Positions 39,895-55,175 of a DNA stretch of 64,000 nucleotides are shown here, piece by piece (the stretch's first letter is position 1; each line of letters starts with the position of its first letter). Source of the DNA: the human T2T-CHM13v2.0 reference genome, Homo sapiens. The DNA lies in assembly GCF_009914755.1 (NCBI RefSeq), contig NC_060927.1. One strand, 5' to 3'. The translations under genes and the position numbers were made by a program. The notes under the pieces were generated by a model. The model did no database searches, was not told the DNA's origin, and saw only the letters and a program-made list of their open reading frames with translations.

Positions 39895-41514
39895 GGATGT
39901 ATATGAGAAAGGCATTGTGTCCCCGGGGACTAAATGAGAGATACAGATATCCAAATCTAAAACACATACACAAACACAGCCACAGCCAGGGAGGAGGGAG
40001 AGAAGAAATATGGGGCAGATTCCATTAGTGGAGACTTTGGAGAGACAGCTGATGAGGAAAGGAAGGGGGAGGGGTAGACGGAAGACGAAAGAAGAGATGA
40101 GAACCTACATGGAAGCTTTCACTCTGTCCCTGGCCAGACGTGACATGCATGCAGGCACAACAGGTATGTGACTGTTAGCAGAATGCAAGGAAAACACAGT
40201 GAGCCTAGGGCTTCCTAGGGCAAAGTGAAGGTGACCACAGGCCCCATCCCTGACTTCCTTCAAAGCCACCCCCTTCTCCTTCTTTCCTGGCTCTGATGGC
40301 TATAGTTTGACTCTCCTAATGGAGAATTTAATGAAACCTTCAGTAAATGGATCCTGGATTCTCTCTCTACCCCAAGTAATTATGAAGCTCAGCAATTTTT
40401 TTCTACTAACTTGCTGCCGATTTCTAATTACTCTTGCTCCAAATAGGACAGTTAGCATTAAAATGAAACCATGTTGAGGTTGTGGGTTCACTCACATCTG
40501 CTTTACTTATTTCCTTAATTTGACGACATGGCTTTATGGACAGAGAGCAACAGGTAATTCCCACATTTTATAATATGAGGTTTGTGCCCCCAGACAGAGA
40601 AAACCTTCACCAGCATCGAGGTGAAACCCCTCGATAGTATGTCCTCAAGACATAACCACCAGATGGAGTTTAATGAGTCTTAGAAAGAATGTAGCAGCTT
40701 TCCCTCTGAAAGGGTAGCAGGGAGGGCGTTTTCCTTTACTTCTTTCCAATAAAAGTCACATGGTCCCAGCAACTATGAAATTCTGAACATGAGGGAGATT
40801 CCTTTCATCTAAGTGCATATAGTAAACTTGGAATGAAGGGACAGGGGCTGGGGAGAGTGAGGGGAGAGTCCAGGTTAAAAGAATAAGTAGGCAGCAGCAA
40901 CTAAGCAGAGATGGTTAGAAAATAGCTGGGTTGGTGCACGAAATATTAGCATCTCTGCGTGAGCATGCCTGGAGACATCTTACAGATAAGCTAGGTGAAT
41001 TTTCCCAATGTTATATTAGCCTGATAGATAGGTATTTTCCTCTTGCTATTGCAAAATTCCATGACCTCATTTGAAGTAGCAGGAGAAACTTTCCAAAGAG
41101 ATGTGATTAAAGGAACCAGAGACATTTAATCAGAAAGGAATCTTCATTGTAAAGTCCTCTATCCATATATTTAATTTAAAAACATCCTGTGGCAAATCAA
41201 CTTCATTTCTTCTTGCCTTCATCTAAGTGGAAACTGCTCACCTTCCACTTAGCACCATAGCTCACAGGCACATTTTTCCTCTCTCTGCCTTCTCATGTTC
41301 TCATGTGTCCATCAACACCCCAACAGTCAGTTAGGAAAAAGGAAGAGACTCCAGATTCCAATAGCAAAGGGAGAGGAAATTTGGGTTCTATTTTCCTATT
41401 CTATAGTCATGAGTTCTATATTTTTCCCCCCTCCATATTCTTTTCATACTCCACTTCTTTTTTTGGAAGTAAAATGAGTACCTGGACTCAGGATTCTAGA
41501 GGTGAAGGAAAATA

Positions 41515-41715
41515 ATTATGGACTTGAGACCCAAACACACTTGGGGTCAAATCCTGGCAGCACCATTGATGAGTCCTGTGTCCTTAGTAAAGTTCATTTC
41601 TCAACAGTCTTATCTTTCTGCTTTGTAAGGCTGGAACAAGCAACATTCTTCTTCAGGTTACTGTGAGAACCCGAGGGGTATGCTGACATGTAATTGGCGT
41701 CCAGTAAACATCAGT
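41515..41715 (+). mobile_element. MIR
   Basis: GGGGTCAAATCCTGGC..CACCA...CTGTGTCCTTAGTAAAGTT...GTTACTGTGAGAA. Confidence 0.6.
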
Positions 41716-43319
41716 TCTCTTCTTCTGGAGGAAACTTGATCATTAATTTGGTAGGCATTTCTTCAGCACCTCAGCTGGAAAAGGGCATTGGATGATATGG
41801 TTGCTCTCGGCACAATGCATGTGGCTCCATGTTTGTGCAATGGCATCCTCACTGTCCTTGCACTGGAATCATCTCTGTTTATTTCTTCTCCAGACTCTTC
41901 ACAGTTCTCAGAGGCAGTGCAGGACCAAGCTGGCATGGCTCGAGGGCTCAGTTCATCCTGTTTTCATACCAACTGGCCTATGACCCATCATTAGTCCTTT
42001 TATGGCTTCTGTCTGAAAAATGTCTTGTGTTTTGCCTACGGAAGATGGTTCCCTAATGAATGTCAAATAACAATAAAGCTTAAGTGTCTTCATCAGACAC
42101 TTGAGCAGGCATCTGTCCTCCCAGCAGTAAAATATGCTGTGGCTTTGGAAACAGCTAAGAAATTTGAAACTAGGTTTCAACTACTTAGAGGAGAGCTGTG
42201 AGTAATTTCAGTCACTGACTCAGTTAAAGGAGAAGCCCTCATGAAACTACAACTAAGCTGTGTTGGCTGTGAGCACCCCCACCCCCATGGAAGACGAAAG
42301 AAGAATCTACCAAGGAGAACCAAGTGATTGAAAGATGGGCAGGTCCCTGGAGCCCACAACACTAACCAGGTAGGGCTTGGCAGGTTCCTCTGGGAACACA
42401 GTCTTCCCTCTGCCTCTGCTGCAGTCTTAGGCCCAGCCTCTGTGGACAGTGGTCCTGAGGACAGCACCTCCCACAGAAGCAGCATGCAGTCAGCAGGCCT
42501 GGTCTGCCCCGGCCCCAGAGCATATGCTTAATGGTCAAGAATGCCCCAAAGTCACAAGCAGAGAAAGACATGCTCAGATAGCACTGACCTCCATCATATA
42601 AGTTCAGATGTCCAGAAGCCAATGCATCACACCCAAAGGCCCTGAAGAGACTCACAGACAAGACTGTGAAGCTGTTCTCAAGATTTGGTAAGCACAGAAA
42701 ATGGAAGGCCCTGTGGCATTTGGTACCTGATGGTCCTCAGTTCAAACAATGGTACGACCGCTGGTCAACTGTGTGGTCTGCGGAAAGCCATTGAACTACT
42801 CAGAACCCCAGTTTCCTAGTATGGAAAGTTAGGTGAAAGGACAGGGATAGAAGCAGAAGGACACTTAGTATTTTCCTTTTGGAGTTGATGGAAACATAGG
42901 AGAAGGTGTGTCTAATGTCTAGTATGTAGCTGGTTCTCAGAAAACAATAGCCAGAAAACAATACCAAAAAGGCTGAGGGATTGAATGGTCACCATTCCCC
43001 AGGGGAAAAAAACAAAGCCTGATGATGATCCCCAGGGAGAATTATCAAGGCAGTGGTTACTAGTGGCTCACCAAAAACAACAAAACTAAGCAAAGTTCAA
43101 CAAACAATTCCATTTTGGTAGGTCATCCATATTTTCTTATCAAGGAAATAAACCTGATGCACTTTGTTTTCTTCAAGAAGTCTGAAAAAGATTTTTGTAG
43201 TAAATATGAAGAAATTAAGGCTGAATAATAAGTTGTATGAAATTATCCCTGAGATGGGTCCATTCTCCCATGAAGGAAGGCCTCCCTGGATCCTGCTGTA
43301 AGGATCTTCAACTGCGTTT

Positions 43320-43500
43320 GGTATTAATTCTTTATCAAATGATTCCTATGAAGCAAGAGTGAGAATAGTTACCACATTCTTGGGTGACATAAAACTAGGA
43401 GGGCTATGTGATAACTGGATTATAGAATTAAGATTCAAAAATATCTCTGTAGCCTTAAATTATGAACTCAAGGAAATAAGCAGAAGCTTCATTGTAATAT
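43320..43500 (+). mobile_element. CR1/L3 reverse transcriptase fossil fragment
   Basis: GGTGACATAAAACTAGGAGGG reads GDIKLGG (CR1 FADDTKLGG region). After a frameshift, GATTATAGAATTAAGATTCAAAAATATCTC reads DYRIKIQKYL (CR1 D-R-x-x-I-Q-x-D-L). Confidence 0.7.
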
Positions 43501-43701
43501 CCTTCACTGCAGTTCAAAATGGTTGCTAGACATGGTGTCCTCCTGCTAAATGCAATGGTGTTCTTGGCTGAGGCCTAAGATAAAATCCGGAAGTTTAACA
43601 AAAAAAACTCATCAAAGTCCTTTTTTTCACAAGGAGAAATAATACCATTTGGAATTTAAATATTCAGCCCACCTATAGAAGTTGGATTCCAGATACAGTG
43701 G

Positions 43702-44179
43702 TGTATTTGGCAGGCTCATAGAAGAGAGGGCTTATGGGGGGCAGCAGAAAGAGAAAAAGAGAGAGACAGATTATGAAGAATTGACTCACACGATTATGCA
43801 GGCTGAGAAGTTCCACAATCTGCCATCTGCAAGCTGGAGACCCAGGAAAGTACAATTCCAGTCCAGTTCTAAAGGCCTGAGAACAAGGGAGACAATGGTG
43901 TAAATCCCAGACCAAGAATGGGAGAAGACTCATGTCTCAGCTCACACTGGCAGGCAGGAAGGGAATTAATCCTCCCTTCCTCCGCTTTTTGTTCTACTCA
44001 GGCCCTCAACAGATTGGATGATGCCCATCCACACTGGGGATAGCAATCTACTTTACTGAGTCTACAAATTCGAATTCAAACGCTAACCTCATAAGGAAAC
44101 ACTCACCCAGACACACCCAGAAATCATGTTTAATCTGGGCACCCTGCGACCCAGTCGACACATAAAATTAACCATCACA
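43702..44179 (-). mobile_element. MLT2 (HERV-L) solo LTR
   Basis: GAATTGACTCACACGATTATG.AGGCTGAGAAGTTCCACAATCTGCCATCTGCAAGCTGGAGACCCAGGAAAG ... ACACATAAAATTAACCATCACA. TSD AGTGG/AGTAG. Confidence 0.9.
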
Positions 44180-46977
44180 AGTAGTCAGCAGGGGTTGTTG
44201 TAAGACTTGATAGCTTCAGATGCATTAGGCAGCTCCTATACCTTCTTCTGGGTATTTTAAAGGGTGCTTAAAACCTTATCTGGCCGTCCAAATTTGTACG
44301 TGAAAGCAGATTCCACTGTCTGTTTAGAACCAGGCAACCACCACAGCAAAACTAAAGCTAACACTGGAGCTCAACTGAGCCAGAGACAGGATCAGCTGGA
44401 GCCTTGGCCTCACATTAGAGCTGTCTTCTGTGTGGAAAAGGCCTTACATTTACTTCCCCTACATGATCCATTTACTTCATTTCTGCTGGCAGGAAGAAAT
44501 AAAGAACACAGTGTGCATCTCTCATCATGGTCTCTTTCGAGCGTATTTTTCCTAATCAGATCCACTTTTCATGCTTCATCTTCTCCCTTTTGAGGCCATA
44601 TTGACAAAATAGCTAAGGTGCATCAATTCTATTTTACTGTGTTCCCCACTTTCTGCTTCTTTATATCCTGTAATTTATTATACAGTTGCTGCTAATTCTT
44701 AAATGAACTGGACCTTTTTCTTGGCCAAACATTTGACATGCAATTAATGGAAATGGACGTAGTTGAAGCTAGTAGCTTCTCGCTTCTAATGTCAGGGCAG
44801 CAGAAATACAGTGACCTACCCATCCCCTTGAGAACCTTCCTATTTGTAGGAAAGGTTTATTCTGCCTCCCAGGGCTTGTTCCATGTGAGAACATGAAGAA
44901 TTAGGGAATTGTGCAGGGAACTTTTATGACATCATGATACAGGCTTCAGAACAGAGAGAGATTTAAAACATTTCCTTTTTGTGGTTTTGACCCCAAACCA
45001 GAACAGCAAGGAGGATTTTTATAGGTTACCAGGGGAGCATTTGAGAATAATTTTATTTTTTTACAGAAATAAAATGATTTTCAAGAAATTCTACCAGTGT
45101 TTATGAGTCAAGCCCGTGCTTGTCCCCAAAAGCATTGCTTTAAACCCTGTCATATGTTTTTGCTTTTCTGTCTTGTAGAATATTTATCTTCAGAGAATCT
45201 TCAAGTGATGATAAATATTAGAACTTTAGAAGTCAGAAATGAGGCTCTGGCACAATAAAATAATTTCTTAAAGCACAGTCCCATGTTCTCTCCACTCTTA
45301 GGTCTTTAGTAATTTATTTCAGATTATAAGCAATCCTCTGCATTATTCAGCATAAATTCATAATTTACTTTTAAAATAAAAGTTTATTTTCATATGGGGT
45401 TCTAAGGAGTTGGCATACTATGAGTTTTTAGGATTGTGTTTTAGAGCTAAAAACATTTGAAGAACCATATTTACTTATCTTTTGCCAATGACAGCGAGGC
45501 ACATTTTATTAGCACTCAAAGTGTGTCCATTTACATTTGTTACACATCTTGGAAGACTTAGGTGTTACCAAAAGCAACTATTGACCCAAGGCCCAGGCTC
45601 ACCCTCCCAGACCATGGAATTTATCTATTTATTCCCAGTGCTGAGAGCAAACTGGCCCTCCAGAACTATTCTCTGCCCATGGAAGTTCTAGGAGATCCAA
45701 AAGAAAGACCGTGAGGCTACCGCAGGGATCCAGCCTCTTGTCTTTGGTCCCTGCTCATCCTCATCGCTTCCAGATGTGCTGACTGCCCAGCCCTGGCCAC
45801 TCCCCTTAGACCAGGGACACAGTGCTCCCAGACTCACAGACCTGCTGGCATCATGCTAGCAGCTCGTCTCCTGATGATGGTACTGGCATTTCATATCAAA
45901 GCCATGCTTGCCAGTGACTGTCGCTCATTAGGCCTTCAGTATCTGCCAGCCTTTCCCTTGACCCTGGACCCCTGCCATTCACTAATACCAGGCACTGATG
46001 CCAGGCATGGTGACCATGAAGCCCAATTCATCCAATGTAGTTTTGTTTTAATGAACTTTCTTATTTAAAACTGTTTTCATCCTCATTCCTCTATATACAC
46101 CCCATCCTACTCCAATTAAAAATACTCAAGGAGAACTATCAGTAGCTTTTGACATTCCCTTGGCTTCCTTTTTTATCATCAACTTTCATTCTATAGAATT
46201 GAATATTTATTTTTATTTTATTTTGTAATTGAAATATAACTTAAAAACTAAGTGAAGTACACAGATTTTAAGTGTCAACTCAATCAATTTTAATGGATTT
46301 ATACACCTCTTTAACTACTACCCAGATCACCCTATATTATATTTCCAGCACTTCAGACGGCTTCCTCATGCCTCCTCCCATCAGACTCCCCAGAGGTAAC
46401 CATTGTTCAGACCTCTGTCACCACAGATTAATTTTGCCTGCTTTTAGGTATTATATAAAGGAATCATACAATTTATTATCCTTGTGTCTGTCTTCTTTAT
46501 CTCATCCTTATGTCTGTCAGATTTATCCACATTACGTCAAACACCAATAATTTGTTCTTTTATAATTCTGTGTAGTATTCCATTGAGTGAATATAGCATA
46601 ATTTATCTATTTATCCTACTATTGATAGACATTTGGATTGTTTCCAGTACTACTACAAAGAATGCTGCCATAAACATTCTCATACCTATCTTTCAGTGGG
46701 CGTAAGAGTCATTTTTCTTGTGTATACCTCCAGGAGTATAACTGCTAGGTCACAGAGTAAATGTGTTTAGCTTGAACAGTACGTCCAAACAGTGTCTTAA
46801 AGTGGTAGTGCCCATTTACACTCCCAGCTGCAGTGTTTGAGAGCTCCAATTGCTCCACACCCTTGTCTGCACTTGAGCTGTCAGTCTTCCTAATTCTATC
46901 CACTCAGGAAGTTGTGTGGCAGTATCTAGTTATAGCGTTAGCTTGAATTTCCCTGATAGGTAATAACGTTGAGGAAT

Positions 46978-47745
<768 letters not shown>

Positions 47746-48479
47746 TCATTTTCAAGTGGAGTTGTTTGTCCTTTACATATTACTTTTAAGAGTTCTTTAT
47801 ACATTCTGGGTTTCAGTCCTTGGTTAGATATTTGTATTGCAAATATCTTCTCCAAGTATGTGGATTTCCTTTTCACTCTCTTACTGGTAGCTTTTGGTGA
47901 ATACGCACTGTTAATTTTAATAAAGTTTAATTTATAATTTTTTTTTATTCTATGGCTGGTGCTTTTCATGTCCTGTTTAAGAAATGTAAGATCATAAAGG
48001 TGTTCATGTATGTTTACTCTGGGAGCTTTACAATTTTACCTTTCGTGGTTAGCTCTGTTATCTAACTCAAATTAATTTATGTATGGTGTGAGGTAGATTT
48101 CAAAGTCCATTGTTTTCCATCTGGATATGTAACTAATACAGCACTATTTGCTGAAAAAGATCATCCTCTTCCCCTATTGAGCTGCAATGACACTTTTGCT
48201 ATAAATTAGGTCTCCCTATTCTGTTCCTTTGGTCTGTTATCTATCCTTACACCAATATAACACTATCTTAATTACTGAGCATGGATATTAATAGAGCCAT
48301 TCGGACCCTTAAACATGTTCCTGTGACCTGTCTTTTCTCTGAAATCTGCATGAAACCTACTTTCTGACTTTCTAGGCATCTCTTGCTTTGGAAACAACCG
48401 TGCTCACTGCTGCTGCTGCTCTCTCTCTTTTCTCTCTACCTGATACAGATGATTAATTTCCCATGTTCTAACAATGAGA

Positions 48480-49303
<824 letters not shown>

Positions 49304-51054
49304 TGAATAAGAACAGAAGATGGGCAAAAGCAGAAAATAAGATGAAAAGTGTATTTCTTGTTATGCTTGTTTTTTTTACATTGTTGCTCTTGTTGTTTAT
49401 TCTATAGCTTAGGTTCCAACCCTTATTTTGGAACAATAAAAATAAGTGTTCTTTCGTTTCTTTTTCCTTTCGCTTTCTCCCCTCCCTCTTCAACCATCTG
49501 TACCTTGGCAACTCATTCCCTCTACCATCAACCCTCTCAGCTGTGGATCAGGTTCATTTCTTGGGAGTGACAATTCAAAAAGAAGTTATTTTATGCCTTT
49601 ATGCCTTCCCTGTTTTGCCCCTTCCTACCTTGGCCCTGGCCTCCATCCTGTCTCTTCCCACTTACCCAGCCTGGCTGACCTGAGGTGCTGTCATCTCAGG
49701 TGAACACAGTACAGAAGTATGGAGGGAGATTTTTCCAACCTACGAGAATCTTCTCTTCTCTTCAGTTTTCTCCTCTGTACTCAGTGTAGAAGACCCTTGG
49801 GAGTTGGGGTGGGCATTGAGTTCTAAAGGGCAGTGCAGATGCTGGGAGCTACTTCTGGTGACTGCACAGGGAGACAAGAACCCAAGCACTGAGCCCAGTC
49901 TCACTGGAGAGATGAGGGTCAAACTCCAAATCTGGAGGACTAAGAGCCTGAGAAAAATAAGCCTTTGATCATTGAGCCCAGAGTTCAAAACAGAAAAAAC
50001 AATTTAATCTAGGTTAGAATTGTTCAGGAGCAGGGTAGGAAGACCCCAAGGGATGGCTGGAATACCAGAGTGAGTTCATAGGCTGCTTTCCAGCCCTAGA
50101 GGAGACCAAGGTGAGGAAGTCAAGCTGTGCTCAAGGCTAGAGAAGGCAGTCATTGGTGCTTTTATCACATGGCCCCTCATTGAACCAGAATCCATATTGA
50201 CCTCAGCAACACTGAAAAATTTTATTGATATTTTACTGAATACTGAAATCTTTCACTTTAATTAGATTAATTTATCCAAGATCACTACATTTTTAATGTG
50301 TTTTTATTATGCCTTGGGGTCATTTCCCCTGTAAGAACTATTCTAATTTTATAATTAAAAAGGGAATTACTCTGAATTTAAAATATGGATTTTTCAAATT
50401 TAACTTTTCTGGATCAAAGTTATACTATAAAAAGGCAACCATTTAGAGATTTAGAGTGTGGACTATATGTGTTACATAGTAATGTTTTTCCTTTCACCTG
50501 AATTAAATATAACTAACTTTAACTGACCAGTGCTGGGAAATGTCTCAGCCTGTGGATTCCTGGTGAGGATTCCAATGTCTCTCATGGCAAACGTGAGCAG
50601 GTTGCCTCAGATCTGGCTGCAGAGCACATGCAGGTGAAGTGGCTGCCTTTCCTGGCAGTCAGGAGGTGAAAGCTGTCGCTGGATTCTGCTACCTCGGCCC
50701 CATGCTGACAAACAACACACTAATAGGCAAAGAACTAGACAACTCTATCTAGGAACCCAGCACGTCTCCTGGCAGAGTGGCAGGAAGGTTCAGTTTCCAA
50801 ATAACAAAGTTTTGTCAGAGCCAGAAGCCCAAAATCCCCCTGCCTAAATGGATGCTCATGGTTTCCTAGCTCCTCTCATCAAGTCAGCCATCCCCTCCAT
50901 GAGCAGCCTGTATGCCACGTGTGAGCTGGTCCTGGACTTGGCAGTTCTAGAATAAACCCCTGTTGCGATCCAGTTCTGCTGCCAAAGGCTGGGTCTTGTA
51001 TGGAGTTTCCACTAAGTGCTGGGTGCTGTGCTAGCCATGGTGGAAGACACTGGA

Positions 51055-51202
51055 TTCTCACTTTAGAGTCAAAGAAACTGAACTGGTACTCCAAAAGTTG
51101 AAGTGACTTTGCCCCAAACAAACCACACCACCAGAGAAGCAGAATCAGATTCAAACCCAGATTTGTCCAGCTTCAAATTCCACACACTTTGCACTCCACC
51201 AA
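51055..51202 (-). mobile_element. MIR fragment
   Basis: AAGAAACTGA...GTTGAAGTGACTTTGCCC...GATTCAAACCCAGATTTGTC. Confidence 0.65.
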
Positions 51203-52095
51203 GCAGCTTCCTTTCCAGAAGCTACAGGGCTTCTGTGTGAGTGGAGACTCTGCATGTTGTCAGGAGCAGAGGTCCTCTGCAGGCCCTTGTCCTTGTATCT
51301 TGGGTCCACATTTGTAACACATGAGCTAAGGCTTCTTGCATCCAGCACAATGGAAAGAAAAAAAAAAAAAAGGGATCTGGAACAATTGCCTCTTCCTGTG
51401 AATCAGAGCTCAGTCTTCATCTCTAGCACCACCCAGCCCCCAGGCTCTGCACCATGCCCACCCCTGGCCAGTAAGTCCGAAAGAACATCGTTAAAAACTC
51501 TGCCTTGCCACTCATACAAATTGTTTTTACATGAACGTGTGTGGTCATTTGCCTTCCTCGCTCATCTTGAATGTGTTCAAAGAGCCACAAACATCTCGAT
51601 GCTTATGAAAATGAGATGATCCAGATGCCTCTGCAGATCTTACAAATGGCCAGTGCTATGCAGCATAAATGGAAAGAAAATCTCCTTTCCCCACTTGGGA
51701 CTGAATGTTTGCAAACGGAGCCAGGAAAAATGGCCAAATGCACACTAATTCCTGCTAAAGATGGCTTCATCTCTGTGGTTAAAATTTTTATCTTTAAAAA
51801 TATTTGACATTTAACATTTAATTTTTTCATTGATGATCAAAGACTGATGTTTGGTGTTTAACATATTGTAATTAATTTGGGCAAAAAAAACAAGGGGGTG
51901 TAGTGAACTATAGAAGAGATGAAGGGTAGAAGATGATCAGTTTTGTGTTCCTTTGGGGTCAGTGAAGAGAAGCAGCTTGTTCTTGTACACTTAAGGCAGG
52001 AGCTGGGAGAAATGAAGCGAGAAGGAGAATTGGAAGGCAGATGGACACAAAGAGCTTCATGGAAGAGATGAACTGCAGCTTATCTCCAAGATTAG

Positions 52096-52636
<541 letters not shown>

Positions 52637-53939
52637 GCATCAGAATTATTTAAGCAAAGTGTGACACAATGAAAGTAGAGAAAAATAGAAGACTATCTGC
52701 ACGGTAAAAAGAAGGATAAATTGGAAGACAAATTATTCATGTATTCAGCTATCATATTTCGACCCCATCTTCCTTCGTAGAAAAGTTAAGGCTTCCAATC
52801 TGCTGCTCTGGTCCAGGGGTTAGCAGATGAACATAAGCCCTCCATCCCTTCTGTAACTAGATGTTTTCTGTGGTTCGAGGAATGACAGAGCCAATGAAAG
52901 CCTGGAGCTGGCCAGGGCCTCGAATCCTTCCTGCCCATGGTTGATTCATCTCCACTCTCCTCTGGCCAACCTACAAGACCTGCTGAAGCTGCTTCCTATC
53001 CAGCCCACACTCTGCCCTCCCATTTCTGCTCCTGGCTGCCTGCCGCTGCCTCTGATTCCTGAATACAGTCACATCGCTTCAGGTCTTGCTGCTGCGTCCT
53101 TGAGTCTCCTGCAGGTCTGGTTTTGGCGTGCCTGCTCACAATCTGCCATAGTATAAACCAGCATCCCAGCAGCAGCCATTTCTACCACAGGCCCAACAGC
53201 GCAGCAGGGGGCAGGGCCTCTCCAGGGCCAGCTGTGGGGATTTGGAGCTGCTTGGGAAGGACCTGCAGAGTGCCATGTGAGGGAGAGCACGTGTCCCAAA
53301 TGGGAAAGACAAGCGAGTTGTTGGTCTTGAGAATCTTCCTGCCTCTTAAGGTACAGCCTCTCACCCTTCAGATGATGTTACCTGGACTAGGTGCAAATCT
53401 CAGGCCACATGCTTACATGGGCAAGAAATTTAGTCTCATAATCTCCTTTATTTTTGTAAAACAGAACTTCATTACTAATTTATCCATGGGGGATAGAAAC
53501 AATCTTAGTTAATATGGGTCTATTCCAACCTTACACCAGCAAGGTTGTGAAGTTTTCTTACACAGTGCTAGGGTAATAGAAAGAGTTGGAGAGAAATATT
53601 CCTGTATTCCTGCTGGCATCTGCTAAGGTGTCCTCATGCCCATCTGGTCTTTGGTCATTTGTCCAATCAGTTTGCTTCAGGTCAGCCCCGATTCCTGACC
53701 ATAAGGCCTCTTCAGGTCCATCTATCTCTCAGCTACTGTCACACATCTCTCCATACTAGACCATGTGAGGCTGAGACACTCATAAAGCTAGGCCCCCAGT
53801 GCCATAATATACCTGGAGCCATTTCCTCCCTGGGATTCAGTTGCCTCAGCAGGGTTCTTCCCAGGTGTCGGTAAAACTCCCTCTGCCCTGGATTCCCAAA
53901 CATATTTTTCCCTCTTTGGGCCGCAGCTTTCTCAGGAGC

Positions 53940-54349
53940 TGTGCCCATTGATCCCTTTGGAAGCAGACACTGAAATGAAGTTAGGAGTGTAAGAGGTTTA
54001 TTGATGGGGAGGGAGGACACATGTAAAGATAAAGAGAAAGGAAGGAGGATTGGGCAGGAAAGCGTCAGTCTGCTAGGAAGAGCTAAGAAAGTCTCCACCA
54101 ACACAGTAAGGAGCACCAGAGCAAAGACCACTCACTGCATTGGGCACAATGGCCAAGCCCTAGTATCCCAGCCTTGTGGTATCATCCTTGGCTGGAGCTT
54201 CCTAGAAAAAGTGTAGGCTTGGCCCCAATGCTGCAGTGAATCCTGGAGGCACTGCATCTGCAGGCTGTGAACCAGCTGCACTCCTCCCAGCCGAAAGACA
54301 GGTTCTTGCCGGAAAGGAGAACCCAGCAGCACACCTTCATGGCTTCACA
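53940..54349 (-). mobile_element. LTR16-family (ERVL) solo LTR
   Basis: GGAAGCAGACACTGA..TG.AGTTAGGAGTG.AAGAGGTTTATTG near one end. The minus strand starts TGTGAAGCCATGAAGGTGTGCTGCTGGGTTCTCC, like LTR16. Confidence 0.75.
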
Positions 54350-54984
54350 GGAGCCTCCCACACCTGCACACTCTTCACATTCTCTCCAGCCCCCAATCCA
54401 GCCCGGGATGAGGAATCTTAGTCTGCCCTTGGTGGTGGAGGGCGCTTGCTATAAATCACTTCTTACCTCCTAGAGCTCCTTCTAGGCCCCCCAAGGACTA
54501 TGTCTTTGAAACCCAGAAACCAAAAGTGGATCTTGTTTTCTCTACATTATGAAACCTCTCCCATTAAGAAATAAACTCAGAATAGCCTAGGTTAACTGGA
54601 GAAAGGCCATGGGAAAGGGGACACAGTAAGGCTAGAGAACAGCCATTCATTTTTGAGATATTATGCCACCATGTGTCTCCACTTAGTGAATCGTTGTGTC
54701 TTTACAACAGAAATTCACTTCTCATTCTTCCAAATGCCTCCCTCTCCTTCAACAAGATAGGAACTCTTTCTCCATTTCAGCACCTGGTTAGGCAAACCAT
54801 GTTCTGGCGATGGAGGTAACACAGCCTCTAGGATCTCCAAGGACTACCAGGCAAGCTGAAACACAGATTGGACTCTCTCCAACCGCCATGTCGGGGGCTT
54901 TTCCGGCAGCCTTTCTATTCCCCCAGCACTAGCTCCTTCCTCAAGTGACTGATAAAGAACAAATCAGAAAGGTTTATCTCACAC

Positions 54985-55175
54985 TTACACATGGAAAGCA
55001 CTGTTCTAAACACTGTAATAACTCACTTAAGCGCCACAGAAACCCTATGAGACAGGGGCTGATATTATTCCCATTATACAGAGGAAGAGAATGAAGCACA
55101 GTGAGGTCAAGTAACTTCCTTGAGGCCAGACAGCCACTAACGGGCAGGACCCAGATTCAAACCCAGCTAGTCTTC
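54985..55175 (-). mobile_element. MIR
   Basis: GCACTGTTCTAAACAC...AACCCTATGAG...ATTATTCCCATTATACAGAGGAAGA.A.TGAAGCACAG.GAGGTCAAGTAACTT...GATTCAAACCCAG. Confidence 0.8.

Noticed and set aside
40615-40635. Hairpin ATCGAGG-TGAAACC-CCTCGAT
   Set aside because: A 7-bp stem is expected many times by chance in 64 kb, and there is no larger RNA structure or terminator context.
51828-51850. TGATGA...CTGA resembling snoRNA C/D boxes
   Set aside because: The boxes are only a few bases apart and there is no terminal stem.
53069-53512. Overlapping ORFs in the GC-richer patch
   Set aside because: No recognisable protein; longer ORFs are expected where GC is higher.
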